64,000 nt of DNA, taken from assembly GCA_005772895.1 (NCBI GenBank), contig SXIH01000011.1, positions 4,371-68,370 of the forward strand. Direction: 5' to 3'. Below are positions 18,756-29,795 of the stretch, one piece after another; within the stretch, counting starts at the first letter, position 1, and each line of letters begins with the position of its first letter. Source of the stretch: Bacteroidota bacterium. Lineage in GTDB: Bacteria; Bacteroidota; Bacteroidia; 2-12-FULL-35-15. The notes under the pieces were generated by a model that worked only from the letters and a program-made list of their open reading frames with translations, did no database searches and was not told where the DNA came from. The position numbers and the translations under genes are program-made.

Positions 18756-21494
18756 CTACTTTAATTGGTATACAAAAATGGAGTTTTGGGAGCTCCCTGT
18801 AACCAAGTTTAAGTTGCCATCATTGTTTAAATCACCTATGCTAAAGCCTGTTTTTCCATTGATTGGAAAACTATTGAATAAGGAACCGTTATCGTTAAAC
18901 AGAAAAAGTTCGTTTGATTCTTCTGAGCTTACTCCAATTTTTCCGTTTCCATCGGGGAATAAGAAAAATAGTGGTGATTGCGCAACTTTACTTTCGAAAT
19001 CATATTTGAATAATAACGATTTATCTTGAGAAAATACTTTCAGTTCATTTCGGTTTAAAAAAATAAGCTCCTTTGTTTTATCATTGTTGATGTCTTTGTA
19101 TTCAAAATATGGAGAGGTTTCGAAATCCTGAATTTTTAAATTTTCTTTCTGATTCGTCAGACTTATTTTGATAACATTTCCTAAAGTGTCGGCTGCAACT
19201 ATATAAGATCTTCCATAATCTTTCCCTGATTCAATAAAGAAATTGCGTATTCCTTGTTCCATTTTTTCTTTCATAGGAACTCTAACCGCACCTTTTCTGT
19301 CAAGAATATAAATTTTCCCTTTTACATCAATTGCACATAAATGATCTTTGTTGTTAGCCATAAAATATTGAAGTGGGACAAAAACCTGGTCTACAGTTTT
19401 GTCAAACGCAAATGCCGTTAGCTGTTCTCCATTTGCTTTGTAGCAAACTATACGTTTGTTTTCTGTAGCGATAAAAATTCGATAATCACGATTTTTTTCG
19501 TAGTCGATTACAGAAATTGCATTTGTTGCGGGAGACCTTAATTTTATTGGAAAGCCATCCATAGCATTTCCGTTTCTGTCAAACATGTAAATGAATGAGC
19601 GGGTATTAAAAATCATTTGGAGTTTATCGTTTTTCAAAACATCTATTTGAATAACATCACTCATTATTTTTTCATTCAATTGTTTTGTCCAGATAATTTT
19701 TCCGGTATTACTGATGAGATAAATTTTATTTGCATCATCCTGAATAAATACTTCCTTCCCTTTGGTTTTATGATTGATAAGCAAATAAGGCCTGTTGCTA
19801 ATTGTTGTGTCAAGTTTTGCTTCCCACAATGTTCCTGTTTGTTGCTTTTGCTCTGGATTGTATTTCAGATAAATATTGCTGTAGAATAATTTGTTGTTGG
19901 AAGAGAATTGCATTCCAATTGCTTCAAATTTTTTAAGTAATGTTTCGTGAATATTTAATTCGTTTGTCAATTCTTCATTCAGAAAGTTGCTATAAACATT
20001 TTTTGAGCGAGCAATTGAATTGTATAAATAAACATTTGATTCAGTTGAAATGTTTTCCGAGAAAGCTTTGTAATTTTTATCAGTTGCTAAGGTTTTGTGA
20101 CTTTCAATTTCATCGATATAAGCTTTTAAAGCATCTGTTGTATTGGCAAAAATAATATAGTTGTCAAGGGTTGTGAAGAAATTTTTTTCAATTTTTTCAA
20201 ATTGTTTTCCTAATAAATTTGGTAATACTTTCTTTATATTCAAGTGGTTAATTATATATCCATGATAAGAGGAAGAGTCAATAGCTGAATCGCCAGCTGA
20301 AATTGTTGCTAATTCGTTAAGTGTATTGTTTGCTGCTTCGATATTATTTGAGCGTATAATGGCAAAACAATTAGTAGTAAAATCTGTATTGGTGGGCTCT
20401 GTTACTACTAAAGCCATTTCATTGTCCATCCAACTCAACATAATTTCTTCAATTTCAATATTGTATTTTTTATTGGTTTCTTGAATGAATAGATTGTATT
20501 CTGAAATAATATTTTTTGCTGTTAAATATTTTTTATAGTCTTCGTGATATGTATTTATATCACTCATGCCTAAAAATAGTAAGGTGGAAATGTTCGAAGG
20601 AATAATTTTTATTAATTCAGCTTCCTGAGGTTTTTGTTTGCGAAATAAATTTAAAAAACTTTTACTTGAATCATTTGCTGAAGTAAAACCTGAGAGTGTT
20701 AATGCGTTTGGCTTAATTGTAATATCCCAGCTAGAACAATCAGCAAAATTGGAAAGCGGAAAAATTCGTTTTTCGGATGATGGACCAAGAATTGGAAGTG
20801 CTAAATCTGCCAATTTTTTATAATTAACATATATAGTAGCATCAACATTTTTACCAGCTGTTCGAATAATTTTACTAAAGTTTTTATCGGTGCTTAATGA
20901 AGTTCCTGATTTAAGTTGATGAATTGAATTTTGAATTAATTGCTGATTCGAACTAACAATTAATATCCCATTTACAATAGAAAAATGTAAACGACTAGAT
21001 TGGTTAGTTGCAATGGTTGTTATCGATTCGTTTTCGAACTCTGAAGAAGAGAGTGGTACTTTAATGAAATGTATTTTTTCTTTAAAATAATCTTCTACGC
21101 TACTTTTATATGTCATACTTGGCAAACTAAAAGCATAGAGTAGGTCAAAATTATTTTTAGTTGTATTGTGAACTGATATAAAAACGGAGTGCTCATCTAA
21201 AAGTTGAGAAATTTCAGGAGCATTTTGTAAAAGTGAATCGATTGTAGTTCCTTGTCGGTTTATTTCAGCTATTATTTTTGTTCCTAATAACTCTTCCCAC
21301 ATTATATTAGTCTGAGATAATTTTTTCCAAGTGTTTTTGGATTGTTTGCTTTCAAAAATAATTGCAGCATCAGTTGGAATTGCATTGATGCCTTCACTTA
21401 TGGGTGTGCGGGCCTCTCTGGTATGAAAAAACCAATAGGTTCCACCAATTAGGATGGTAGCAACAACACAGCCAAAAATGATTTTTCTTAGCAT
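18756..21494 (-). CDS. large hypothetical membrane-anchored protein (912 aa)
   Basis: N-terminal TM anchor (IIFGCVVATILIGGTYWFF). The C-terminal region has FG-GAP/beta-propeller-like segments (DLNNDGNLNLV). Function unknown. Confidence 0.45.
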   Translation of the reverse strand: MLRKIIFGCVVATILIGGTYWFFHTREARTPISEGINAIPTDAAIIFESKQSKNTWKKLSQTNIMWEELLGTKIIAEINRQGTTIDSLLQNAPEISQLLDEHSVFISVHNTTKNNFDLLYAFSLPSMTYKSSVEDYFKEKIHFIKVPLSSSEFENESITTIATNQSSRLHFSIVNGILIVSSNQQLIQNSIHQLKSGTSLSTDKNFSKIIRTAGKNVDATIYVNYKKLADLALPILGPSSEKRIFPLSNFADCSSWDITIKPNALTLSGFTSANDSSKSFLNLFRKQKPQEAELIKIIPSNISTLLFLGMSDINTYHEDYKKYLTAKNIISEYNLFIQETNKKYNIEIEEIMLSWMDNEMALVVTEPTNTDFTTNCFAIIRSNNIEAANNTLNELATISAGDSAIDSSSYHGYIINHLNIKKVLPNLLGKQFEKIEKNFFTTLDNYIIFANTTDALKAYIDEIESHKTLATDKNYKAFSENISTESNVYLYNSIARSKNVYSNFLNEELTNELNIHETLLKKFEAIGMQFSSNNKLFYSNIYLKYNPEQKQQTGTLWEAKLDTTISNRPYLLINHKTKGKEVFIQDDANKIYLISNTGKIIWTKQLNEKIMSDVIQIDVLKNDKLQMIFNTRSFIYMFDRNGNAMDGFPIKLRSPATNAISVIDYEKNRDYRIFIATENKRIVCYKANGEQLTAFAFDKTVDQVFVPLQYFMANNKDHLCAIDVKGKIYILDRKGAVRVPMKEKMEQGIRNFFIESGKDYGRSYIVAADTLGNVIKISLTNQKENLKIQDFETSPYFEYKDINNDKTKELIFLNRNELKVFSQDKSLLFKYDFESKVAQSPLFFLFPDGNGKIGVSSEESNELFLFNDNGSLFNSFPINGKTGFSIGDLNNDGNLNLVTGSSQNSIFVYQLK

Positions 21495-21565
21495 TTCTAA
21501 TACGAAATTAGGGAAAGGGAAGCTGCGTGTAAGTTTATAAGGATGAATTTACTAACAACTAATTG

Positions 21566-22168
21566 CTAATTAAACTCCAGTTTCAATTGATCGGGCAATT
21601 GCTTGAAACTTTTGCGGTGATGGTCGGTAATGCCGTATTTTTCGATGGCTTTGCGGTGACTGGCTGTTGCATAAGCACGGTTGTGAAGCCAGTCGTATTG
21701 AGGAAACTGTTCGTGCAATTCATCCATTAAATCATCCCTGTATGTTTTTGCAAGAATGGATGCGGCTGCAATGCTTAGGTATTTTCCATCTCCTTGAATA
21801 ATGCAGGTGTGTGGTATGTTTTTGTATTTTTTAAAACGGTTGCCATCTATCAGCAAACTTTCCGGAGTTGTTTTTAATTGATCGAGTGCCCGGTGCATTG
21901 CTAAAAAGGATGCGTTTAAAATATTTATTTCGTCAATTTCTTCTACACTTACTATTCCAATGGCCCAGGAAATAGCTTCTGCTTCTATGATTGGACGCAA
22001 TTGTTTTCTTTGTTTATCGGTTAATTTTTTTGAATCATCTAATAATTTGTTTTTGAAATTTTTGGGAAGAATAACAGCTGCAGCATGAACAGGTCCGGCT
22101 AAGCAACCTCTTCCGGCTTCATCACAACCAGCTTCAATTAAGGTTTTATCAAAAAACTTTTTAAGCAT
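21566..22168 (-). CDS. rnhB: ribonuclease HII
   Basis: Active-site region [14 protein letters not shown] near the N-terminus. 200 aa. Confidence 0.85.
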   Translation of the reverse strand: MLKKFFDKTLIEAGCDEAGRGCLAGPVHAAAVILPKNFKNKLLDDSKKLTDKQRKQLRPIIEAEAISWAIGIVSVEEIDEINILNASFLAMHRALDQLKTTPESLLIDGNRFKKYKNIPHTCIIQGDGKYLSIAAASILAKTYRDDLMDELHEQFPQYDWLHNRAYATASHRKAIEKYGITDHHRKSFKQLPDQLKLEFN

Positions 22169-23288
22169 TCACTGTTTTTTCAATTGATTTCCAAAGTGCA
22201 TCTGCAGTTTTATTCCAACTAAATTCTAGTTTTCGCTTTCTTCCTTTTTCAATTAATGAGTTCCTCATGTCCTCATCTTTGTAAATATAAATCATTGCAT
22301 TGCAAATCGAGTCAACTGAAAATGGGTCGACTAATAGAGCTGCATCTCCTGAAACTTCCGGCATAGAGGTAATATTACTTGTGATAACAGGCGTATCACA
22401 ATTCATAGCTTCTAAAATAGGTATTCCAAATCCTTCGAAGTAGGGGATATAAGTCATAGCCAAAGCAGATGCAATCACATGATGGAGTTCGGTTGAATGT
22501 AGCCTTCCTGTAAAAATCACATCATCCTTAAATTTCATGTTTAAATAAGTGTTCTTTATTTCATTTGTCCAGCGATACTTTTCGCCCACTATCACCAACT
22601 TAACATCGTTTTTTTCATTGGCTTTAAATTTGTCAAAAGCTTCAAATAAACGTGAAATATTTTTGCGCGGCTGAAGTGCTCCAACAAATAAAAAATAATC
22701 ATTCCCACCAGAAATATGTTTTTTAGTCGCCTGCTGAAGCTCTTTACTTATAGGACTATATAGCTCATTACAACCATTAAAAACTACATCTATTTTAGTT
22801 GATTCTATTTTGTATGTGTTTACAAGATCTTTTTTTGAAAACTCAGAAACTGTAGCAATTCTTGAAGCTTTTCGAGCAAATTTTGGAAAAAATCGGGTGT
22901 AATATTTACGAACTATCCATGAAACATCTTTTGGATGGTGCTCAAAATTAATATCGTGTATTACGGCCAATTGTTTGCAATTCGCTTTAAGCGACATATA
23001 TCCATCTGGCGAAATAAATAAATCGGGTTTGTATTTATTTAAAAAATTAGCTACTGAAAATTCGAACCACCAATAAAAAAGAAAGGGATGACGGGCTTGA
23101 GGTGAAAGAATAAGAGGAGTTACATTATCAGAAAAAATAAAGTCATCATCAAAATCTCTATCAAAAAGAAAAACAAAATGATGCTCAGGATGGTCGTTAG
23201 TAATACGTTTTAAGGTTTCGTAGGTAAACCATCCGATTCCTTCGAGCTTGTTTTTTATTAATAATCTTGTATTTACTACTATTTCCAT
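22161..23288 (-). CDS. glycosyltransferase family 4 (GT-B fold)
   Basis: C-terminal [20 protein letters not shown] motif (the E-x7-E region of GT4). Confidence 0.75.
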   Translation of the reverse strand: MEIVVNTRLLIKNKLEGIGWFTYETLKRITNDHPEHHFVFLFDRDFDDDFIFSDNVTPLILSPQARHPFLFYWWFEFSVANFLNKYKPDLFISPDGYMSLKANCKQLAVIHDINFEHHPKDVSWIVRKYYTRFFPKFARKASRIATVSEFSKKDLVNTYKIESTKIDVVFNGCNELYSPISKELQQATKKHISGGNDYFLFVGALQPRKNISRLFEAFDKFKANEKNDVKLVIVGEKYRWTNEIKNTYLNMKFKDDVIFTGRLHSTELHHVIASALAMTYIPYFEGFGIPILEAMNCDTPVITSNITSMPEVSGDAALLVDPFSVDSICNAMIYIYKDEDMRNSLIEKGRKRKLEFSWNKTADALWKSIEKTVNA

Positions 23289-23335
23289 AATACTGGAAAC
23301 GAAATTACGTAAAAAATCATACTTTTACAGCCCGA

Positions 23336-24076
23336 ATGAAAAACACGGTAAAATATATCTTACACAAACTGTTAGGGTTCAAAAATTATCTTTTCATTTT
23401 CTCATTATACAAAATTCTGACCTTGAGAAAAGACAAAAATGAAAAAGATTTTTTTGCATTCTTGCATTTGCTTCCAGCAAACACTGCTGTGCTTGATATT
23501 GGTGCAAATATTGGCATTATGACTGTTCATTTGGCAAGAACTATAAAAGATGTTACCGTTTATAGCTTTGAGCCTATGCCTAACAATATTGGCGCTTTTA
23601 AACGAATCATAAAATATTTTAAGCTGCAGAATGTAAAGTTGTTCGAAATAGCTTTGGGTAACTCCGAAGGGGAAGTGGAAATGGTGATGCCAATTATTTC
23701 AAATGTGAAAATGCAAGGATTAAGTCACGTAGTGCACGATTCTATTCCTGATAATAATGATGGTGAGCGCTTTAAAGTTCCTCTGAAGATGCTTGACAAT
23801 ATGATAGAACTTACAAATTCGCCAAAACGGATAAGTGGAATTAAAATAGATGTCGAAAATTTTGAATTCTTTGTTTTAGAAGGTGCAAAGCAACTTATTG
23901 CTAAAAATAAACCTGTTGTGTATGCCGAATTGTGGGAGAATGAAAACAGAGAGAAGTGTTTTGAGTTATTCAAATCCTTGAATTACAAAACTATTGTAGT
24001 GGTTGACAAAAAAGCTGTTGAGTATGATAGAGCAATTCACAAAACTCAAAATTTCATATTTTTAACGAAATCCTAA
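23336..24076 (+). CDS. FkbM-family methyltransferase
   Basis: LDIGANIGIMTVHLA SAM-binding motif. Size ~246 aa typical of FkbM-domain proteins found in polysaccharide loci. Confidence 0.6.
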   Translation: MKNTVKYILHKLLGFKNYLFIFSLYKILTLRKDKNEKDFFAFLHLLPANTAVLDIGANIGIMTVHLARTIKDVTVYSFEPMPNNIGAFKRIIKYFKLQNVKLFEIALGNSEGEVEMVMPIISNVKMQGLSHVVHDSIPDNNDGERFKVPLKMLDNMIELTNSPKRISGIKIDVENFEFFVLEGAKQLIAKNKPVVYAELWENENREKCFELFKSLNYKTIVVVDKKAVEYDRAIHKTQNFIFLTKS

Positions 24077-24101
24077 GCTTATAATTAAGTACATTTAAAG
24101 A

Positions 24102-25574
24102 ATGCAAAAGAAATTTTTAACCAACTTAGGTTTAATTTTATTTTTGAATTTGCTTATTAAGCCAATTTACATTTTTGGTATTGAAAAGGCCGTTCAGGAG
24201 CAAGTTGGGACAGCAGTGTACGGAATTTATTTTGCTATTTTTAATTTTTCTTTTCTACTTACCATCCTTTTAGATTTTGGGATTACCAATTTCAACAATA
24301 AAAACATTGCTCAGAACAGTCATTTATTTACTAAGCATTTTTCGAGTCTTTTCACCCTAAAATTATTGCTTGCAGTTATCTACATAATTGTGGTAGTAGT
24401 AATAGGTTTGGTGATTGGTTATGATACAAGATTAATGAAACTATTATTGATTCAGGGCTTCAACATGTTTTTGATATTTTTCATTAACTATTTGCGTTCA
24501 AATCTTGCAGCATTACATCTTTTCAAAACAGATGGAATTATTTCTGTGATGGATCGTACAATAATGATTATAGCAGGAGTATTTTTATTGAATTCAGGAG
24601 TGCTATATTCCGAAAATGGAATTATGTATTTTGTTTATACACAAACTTGCTCTTTAATGTTAACAGCATGTATCGCCTTTTTTATTATTCTTAAAAAAAC
24701 GCATTCTTTTAAATTAAGTTGGAACTGGCCATTTTCTTTAATGATTTTGAAGAAAAGTTTTCCTTTTGCGATTTTAACTCTATTAATGTCATTTTATAAC
24801 AGAATTGATTCTGTTATGATAGAGCGTATGCTTCCTGATGGAGATGTTCAGTCTGGTATATACGCACAAGGTTTTCGTATTTTGGATGCAACCAACATGA
24901 TTGCCTTTTTGGTTGCGGGGGTACTTTTGCCGGTTTTTTCCAGAATGCTAAAGCAAAAAGAATCGGTTGAGTCTTTAGTTAAATTGATAAGCACTTTATT
25001 GTTAACACCAGCCATTGTTATTGGAGTTGGTTGCTTTTTTTACAGTACAGAGCTAATCGGACAGTTATATCCTCAGCATGTAAATGAAACTGTTGAAGTA
25101 TATACACTGCATCTGCAGGAATCTTCAAAAATATTTTCTTTGCTCATGTTAAGCTTTGTTGCCATTTCAACTACTTATATTTTTGGTACTTTGCTTACTG
25201 CAAATGGAAATATGAAACAGTTGAATTATATGGCTGCTTCAGGTATGGTATTAAACATCATTTTGAATTTTATATTGATCCAGCAATTTGAGGCCTATGG
25301 CTCAGCTATTTCGAGTATGTTTACCCAATTTCTTACAGCGATTATTCAGGTTGCTATTGCCCAAAAGATATTCAAGTTTAAAATCAATTATCGCCTGATA
25401 AACATCTTTATAACCTATTTAGTAGGTGTAATCGCCATTAACTATGGTTCAAAAATGCTGCATTTCGATTGGATGGTGAATTTTGCTATAATGGTTGTTT
25501 GTTGTGGCTTGTGGGCTTTTATAACCGGTATTATCAGCATAAAATCGATGTTTCGCTTACTTAAATACGGATAA
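24102..25574 (+). CDS. polysaccharide flippase (Wzx/MATE-like multi-TM transporter)
   Basis: 490 aa with ~12-14 predicted TM helices. Located inside a glycan-biosynthesis cluster. Confidence 0.6.
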   Translation: MQKKFLTNLGLILFLNLLIKPIYIFGIEKAVQEQVGTAVYGIYFAIFNFSFLLTILLDFGITNFNNKNIAQNSHLFTKHFSSLFTLKLLLAVIYIIVVVVIGLVIGYDTRLMKLLLIQGFNMFLIFFINYLRSNLAALHLFKTDGIISVMDRTIMIIAGVFLLNSGVLYSENGIMYFVYTQTCSLMLTACIAFFIILKKTHSFKLSWNWPFSLMILKKSFPFAILTLLMSFYNRIDSVMIERMLPDGDVQSGIYAQGFRILDATNMIAFLVAGVLLPVFSRMLKQKESVESLVKLISTLLLTPAIVIGVGCFFYSTELIGQLYPQHVNETVEVYTLHLQESSKIFSLLMLSFVAISTTYIFGTLLTANGNMKQLNYMAASGMVLNIILNFILIQQFEAYGSAISSMFTQFLTAIIQVAIAQKIFKFKINYRLINIFITYLVGVIAINYGSKMLHFDWMVNFAIMVVCCGLWAFITGIISIKSMFRLLKYG

Positions 25575-25644
25575 ACCGCTTAAAATTGGGCAGATTGCCA
25601 TTTTTTTCTAATTTTGTTGTCCCATATTCAAATTATACCAATTT

Positions 25645-26688
25645 ATGATGGACAAGAAGGTTCAAGCAGCATCGGATTTTAATTCATTAAATGTATTGTA
25701 TTTCATATATAAATGGCGTAAACCACTTATTATTGTTGGCGTAGCTGCGTTTATCTTTTCTTGTATTGTAGCTTTAACTATTAAAGAAAAGTACAAATCA
25801 ACGGTTATTTTGTTCCCTGCTACAACGAACTCTATCTCCAAAGCCCTTTTAATTGAAAATAATGCTAAACAAGAAGACGTTTTGCAGTTTGGTGAGGAAG
25901 AAGAGGCAGAACAGATGCTTCAGATTCTTAATTCTGATGAAATCCGTACCAGAATTTGCGAAAAGTATAATTTAATGGAGCATTATGGCATTGATCCAAC
26001 AGACAAGCTAAAACGCACAAAATTATACGATGAGTTTCAAAGTAACATGACTTTCAAGCGTACCGAGTACATGTCGGTTAAAATTGAAGTAATGGATATT
26101 GATCCTGAATTGGCTTCAGTTATCGCGAATGATATAGCAGCTTTACACGATTCTACAAAAATCAGAATTCAAAGAGACAGAGCAATGCGCTCATTGAAAA
26201 TTGTGGAACAGGAATATCTTCAGAAAGTAGCAGATGTTAAGGCTGGAGTAGATTCAATGCAAGTATTAAACAGCTATGGAATTTATGATTATGAGTCTCA
26301 ATCAGAAGTAACCAGTCAGCAATATGCCATTGCTTTAGCGAAAGGCGATCAGCGTGCTGTGAATGTTCTTGAAGAAAAATTAAAGATTATTGGTAAGTAC
26401 GGAGGAGCCTATGTTTCGTTGCGTGAAAATCTTTATATGCAACGTAAGCAACTGAACTTGTTAAAAACTAAATACGAAGAGGCTAAGGTGGATGCTACAG
26501 AAGTATTGCCTCAAAAGTTCGTTGTTAGTAATGCTTTCCCTGCAGAAAAGAAATCGTATCCCGTTAGATGGATTATTGTTGTAGTATCAACATTTGCGAC
26601 TTTATTAGCGGCAATTATTGCTATTTTATTATTAGAAAATTTACGACAGATTAGAAATGAAGTAAAGGAGGCTCCTGCCGAAGGCTGA
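25645..26688 (+). CDS. Wzz-like polysaccharide chain-length determinant (paralog 1)
   Basis: One TM near the N-terminus and one near the C-terminus, with a long coiled-coil periplasmic region between them. This is PCP (polysaccharide co-polymerase) topology. Confidence 0.55.
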   Translation: MMDKKVQAASDFNSLNVLYFIYKWRKPLIIVGVAAFIFSCIVALTIKEKYKSTVILFPATTNSISKALLIENNAKQEDVLQFGEEEEAEQMLQILNSDEIRTRICEKYNLMEHYGIDPTDKLKRTKLYDEFQSNMTFKRTEYMSVKIEVMDIDPELASVIANDIAALHDSTKIRIQRDRAMRSLKIVEQEYLQKVADVKAGVDSMQVLNSYGIYDYESQSEVTSQQYAIALAKGDQRAVNVLEEKLKIIGKYGGAYVSLRENLYMQRKQLNLLKTKYEEAKVDATEVLPQKFVVSNAFPAEKKSYPVRWIIVVVSTFATLLAAIIAILLLENLRQIRNEVKEAPAEG

Positions 26689-26868
26689 ATACGGAAACCT
26701 GTTTTAGCTAAACAAGAAAGTAGAGAGGAAACGGGAAATTTAATTACTGAGAAGAATACAGAGAGGGTTGAAGAGAAGATTGCAGAGAGAGTAAAAACAT
26801 TTAAAGAAAAGATATTTAAACCGGAAATTTTAAAACCAACAATTTTAAAACCGAAAATAAAGAGTATA

Positions 26869-27810
26869 ATGGCTGAATATACTGAAACAAGTTACAAATT
26901 TATTCAACTAGTAATAAAAAAGAAAATTCATTTTCTGGTTATTACAGTTGCTGCGATTGCATTTTCTGCACTTTTTTCTAGTCCTTGGTTTATTAAACCG
27001 AAGTACAAATCTTTCGCAATTTTATACCCTTCCAATATAACACCTTACAGCGAAGAAAGTACTTCTGAGCAAATGCTTCAGTTGTTCGGCTCTTCTGATA
27101 TCAGAAATGCTGTCGTTAAAAAATTCAACCTTTACCAGTATTATGATATTGATTCAACAGATAAAGCAGCAAGCATTAAAATGATGGATGTATATGATTC
27201 AAGAGTTGAGGTGAGTCGTACTCAATACGAATCGGTTGAAATTTCGGTGTTAGACGAAGATCCTAAACGTGCTTGTGAAATGGTGGAAGAAATTATTCAT
27301 TCAATGAATTTAAAAGCACGAGAATTGCAACGTGAGAAGTCGAAAGAAGTAGAGGTGGTCATTAAAAATCAACTAGAGTTAAAAAAGAGAAATGTTGATT
27401 CTATAAATGCCCGTTTACATGAGTTGAGAGTTAAGTATCAATTGTTTGATTACGATATGCAAGTGAAAGAAGTAACTAAAAGTTATTTGAAGGAAGTTGC
27501 TTCCGGTGGAAAAAATTTGAAAGAAATTGATGCAATGATGCGCAATTTGGAAGAAAAGGGTGGTGAGTATTTTCAATTACAAAAAACTTTGAAAGTTTTA
27601 CTTGAGAGTTATAATGCTACTAAATTGGAATACGATGTAGTTGTTAAAGATTTAAATAAAGAGCTTACATATGCAAACGTTGTCACAAAACCTGCGCCAT
27701 CTTACATCAAGGCTTCACCTGTTCGTTGGTTAATTGTACTAGCTTCGGTGGCATCTACTAATTTGTTGCTCTTTATGTTATTTATTATTCTAGAAACTAG
27801 AAAAAAATAA
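26869..27810 (+). CDS. Wzz-like polysaccharide chain-length determinant (paralog 2)
   Basis: Same topology as, and clear similarity to, the upstream gene (KYKSF.ILYPS / LQLFGSSDIRN..KKFNLYQYYDIDSTDK). Confidence 0.55.
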   Translation: MAEYTETSYKFIQLVIKKKIHFLVITVAAIAFSALFSSPWFIKPKYKSFAILYPSNITPYSEESTSEQMLQLFGSSDIRNAVVKKFNLYQYYDIDSTDKAASIKMMDVYDSRVEVSRTQYESVEISVLDEDPKRACEMVEEIIHSMNLKARELQREKSKEVEVVIKNQLELKKRNVDSINARLHELRVKYQLFDYDMQVKEVTKSYLKEVASGGKNLKEIDAMMRNLEEKGGEYFQLQKTLKVLLESYNATKLEYDVVVKDLNKELTYANVVTKPAPSYIKASPVRWLIVLASVASTNLLLFMLFIILETRKK

Positions 27811-27821
27811 TTCATATTCCT

Positions 27822-29264
27822 TTGTTAGAACAAAAAAATATAAAATGGGTTTATGCCTTAAGTATAGCTTTTATACTTATTAATGCCGTTTGTACTTTTT
27901 TTGAATTCTATTATTTTAATCTTGTCCCCGCTGCAATTCTGGTATTGTTGTTAGGATTATTCTCTTTAGATAAATTAATATTATTTGTTGTTTTTCTTAC
28001 TCCTCTTGCAATTAATATGCAAAATATTGATGGTGGGTTTGGATTGAGTTTGCCAACTGAACCAATCATATTTGGGATTATGATGATTTTTCTATTTAAG
28101 CAAATGCATACCAATACAATTGATGCCAAATTATTAAAACATCCTGTAACAATTGCTATTATTATAAATTTAGTTTGGATTTTTATTACTTCAATCACTA
28201 GTGATCTTCCAGTTGTTTCCTTTAAATTTTTAATTGCCAGACTTTGGTTTATAGTTACCTTTTATCTTTTAGGAACTCAACTTTTTAAGAAGTTTAATAA
28301 TATTAAAATCTTTACATGGTTATATATTCTTTCTTTCTCCATAATTATAGTTTATACACTTTATAGTCATGCTCAAGTTAATTTTGATGAGCAAATTGCC
28401 AACTACATCATGTCGCCATTTTATAACGATCATACAGTTTATGGCGCTATGTTAGCAATGTTTCTTCCTGTATTGATTTTTTATACTATGAACAAAAAAT
28501 ACAGTGGAAGTATAAAGTTTGCTGCATTTTTATTTTTGATTCTGTTTGTTGTAGCTCTTGTTTTTTCATACACACGTGCAGCCTGGTTAAGTCTCGTTGT
28601 GGCATTAGTTGCCTATATCCTTTTACTGCTAAAAATCCGTTTCAGAACAATTTTAATTGGATTTCTTGCAGTTTGTGCTGTGGCTCTTGTCTACCAAACT
28701 GAAATAATTATGAAGTTGGAAAAAAACAGACAGGATGCTTCTCAGGATTTTGATAAACATATTGAGTCCATTTCTAATATCTCAACCGATGCTTCTAACT
28801 TAGAACGATTGAACAGATGGAATGCGGCATTCAGAATGTTTGCTGAACGGCCAATTTTTGGTTGGGGGCCCGGAACTTACAGTTTTGAATATGCACCGTT
28901 TCAGCATGCACACGAAAAAACGATTATAAGTACAAATATGGGTGACAAAGGAAATGCACATAGTGAGTATATAGGACCATTGTGCGAATCGGGTGTGCTG
29001 GGAGCACTTACATTTATAATAATTGTAATTATTGTCCTTTCAACTGGTTTTAGGCTTTATTATTCAGTTACAGAAAATGAAACAAAGAAAGTAGTGCTGG
29101 TTATTTTGTTGGGATTTATAACTTATGTTGTGCACGGAGGACTAAACAATTTCTTGGATACTGATAAAGCATCTGTTCCTTTTTGGGGATTTGTAGCAGC
29201 TTTAGTTGCTATTGATTTATATCACAAAAATAAAGTGGATGAAGCAGTAGAAGTGGAGAATTAG
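27822..29264 (+). CDS. O-antigen ligase / Wzy-type polymerase family membrane protein
   Basis: Multi-TM, 480 aa, with the YTRAAWLSL motif typical of the O-antigen ligase (Wzy_C) family. Confidence 0.65.
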   Translation: MLEQKNIKWVYALSIAFILINAVCTFFEFYYFNLVPAAILVLLLGLFSLDKLILFVVFLTPLAINMQNIDGGFGLSLPTEPIIFGIMMIFLFKQMHTNTIDAKLLKHPVTIAIIINLVWIFITSITSDLPVVSFKFLIARLWFIVTFYLLGTQLFKKFNNIKIFTWLYILSFSIIIVYTLYSHAQVNFDEQIANYIMSPFYNDHTVYGAMLAMFLPVLIFYTMNKKYSGSIKFAAFLFLILFVVALVFSYTRAAWLSLVVALVAYILLLLKIRFRTILIGFLAVCAVALVYQTEIIMKLEKNRQDASQDFDKHIESISNISTDASNLERLNRWNAAFRMFAERPIFGWGPGTYSFEYAPFQHAHEKTIISTNMGDKGNAHSEYIGPLCESGVLGALTFIIIVIIVLSTGFRLYYSVTENETKKVVLVILLGFITYVVHGGLNNFLDTDKASVPFWGFVAALVAIDLYHKNKVDEAVEVEN

Positions 29265-29274
29265 CAGTAGTTAT

Positions 29275-29781
29275 ATGACAGAGGAGTTTTATAATAACGA
29301 CCAAAATCAAAGATTACTATCTGCTTCGATTAGTTATTTAAACGAACGAACAAAAGAACTGTATGACAAGTCATGGCTTTATCGCTATTACAATGAATTA
29401 AGTTGGGTATACGGAGTAACGGAAGAGGAAATCATAAATTTTAAGGCGCTTTATGAATCGACACTTACTGAACTTCGTAAAAAACCGCAACTTGAAGACA
29501 TGCCTTTGACGAATGAAAAGGTTAGAATTACGTTAGAATCATTTCCAAAGTTTGATGAAGAACAATTTCTTTTGTCCAATTACGGGACGACAGTTTTGCG
29601 TGGATTTTTTGCTTACATCCTTTTTCCATACGCATTCTATCTTATCTATAAGAATATTAAGAAAACTCAACACTTTCGGCATTTACTTTCAGACATATTA
29701 GTAAACAGTAAAACAATTGTTGACACCTTAAATACTGACAATATTGAGGGTTGGCTAGAACTACAAAAGCAGAAAAAATAA
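29275..29781 (+). CDS. hypothetical protein with one TM segment
   Basis: 168-aa ORF. Hydrophobic segment FFAYILFPYAFYLIY. Confidence 0.35.
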   Translation: MTEEFYNNDQNQRLLSASISYLNERTKELYDKSWLYRYYNELSWVYGVTEEEIINFKALYESTLTELRKKPQLEDMPLTNEKVRITLESFPKFDEEQFLLSNYGTTVLRGFFAYILFPYAFYLIYKNIKKTQHFRHLLSDILVNSKTIVDTLNTDNIEGWLELQKQKK

Positions 29782-29795
29782 ATAACCGCAGAAAG

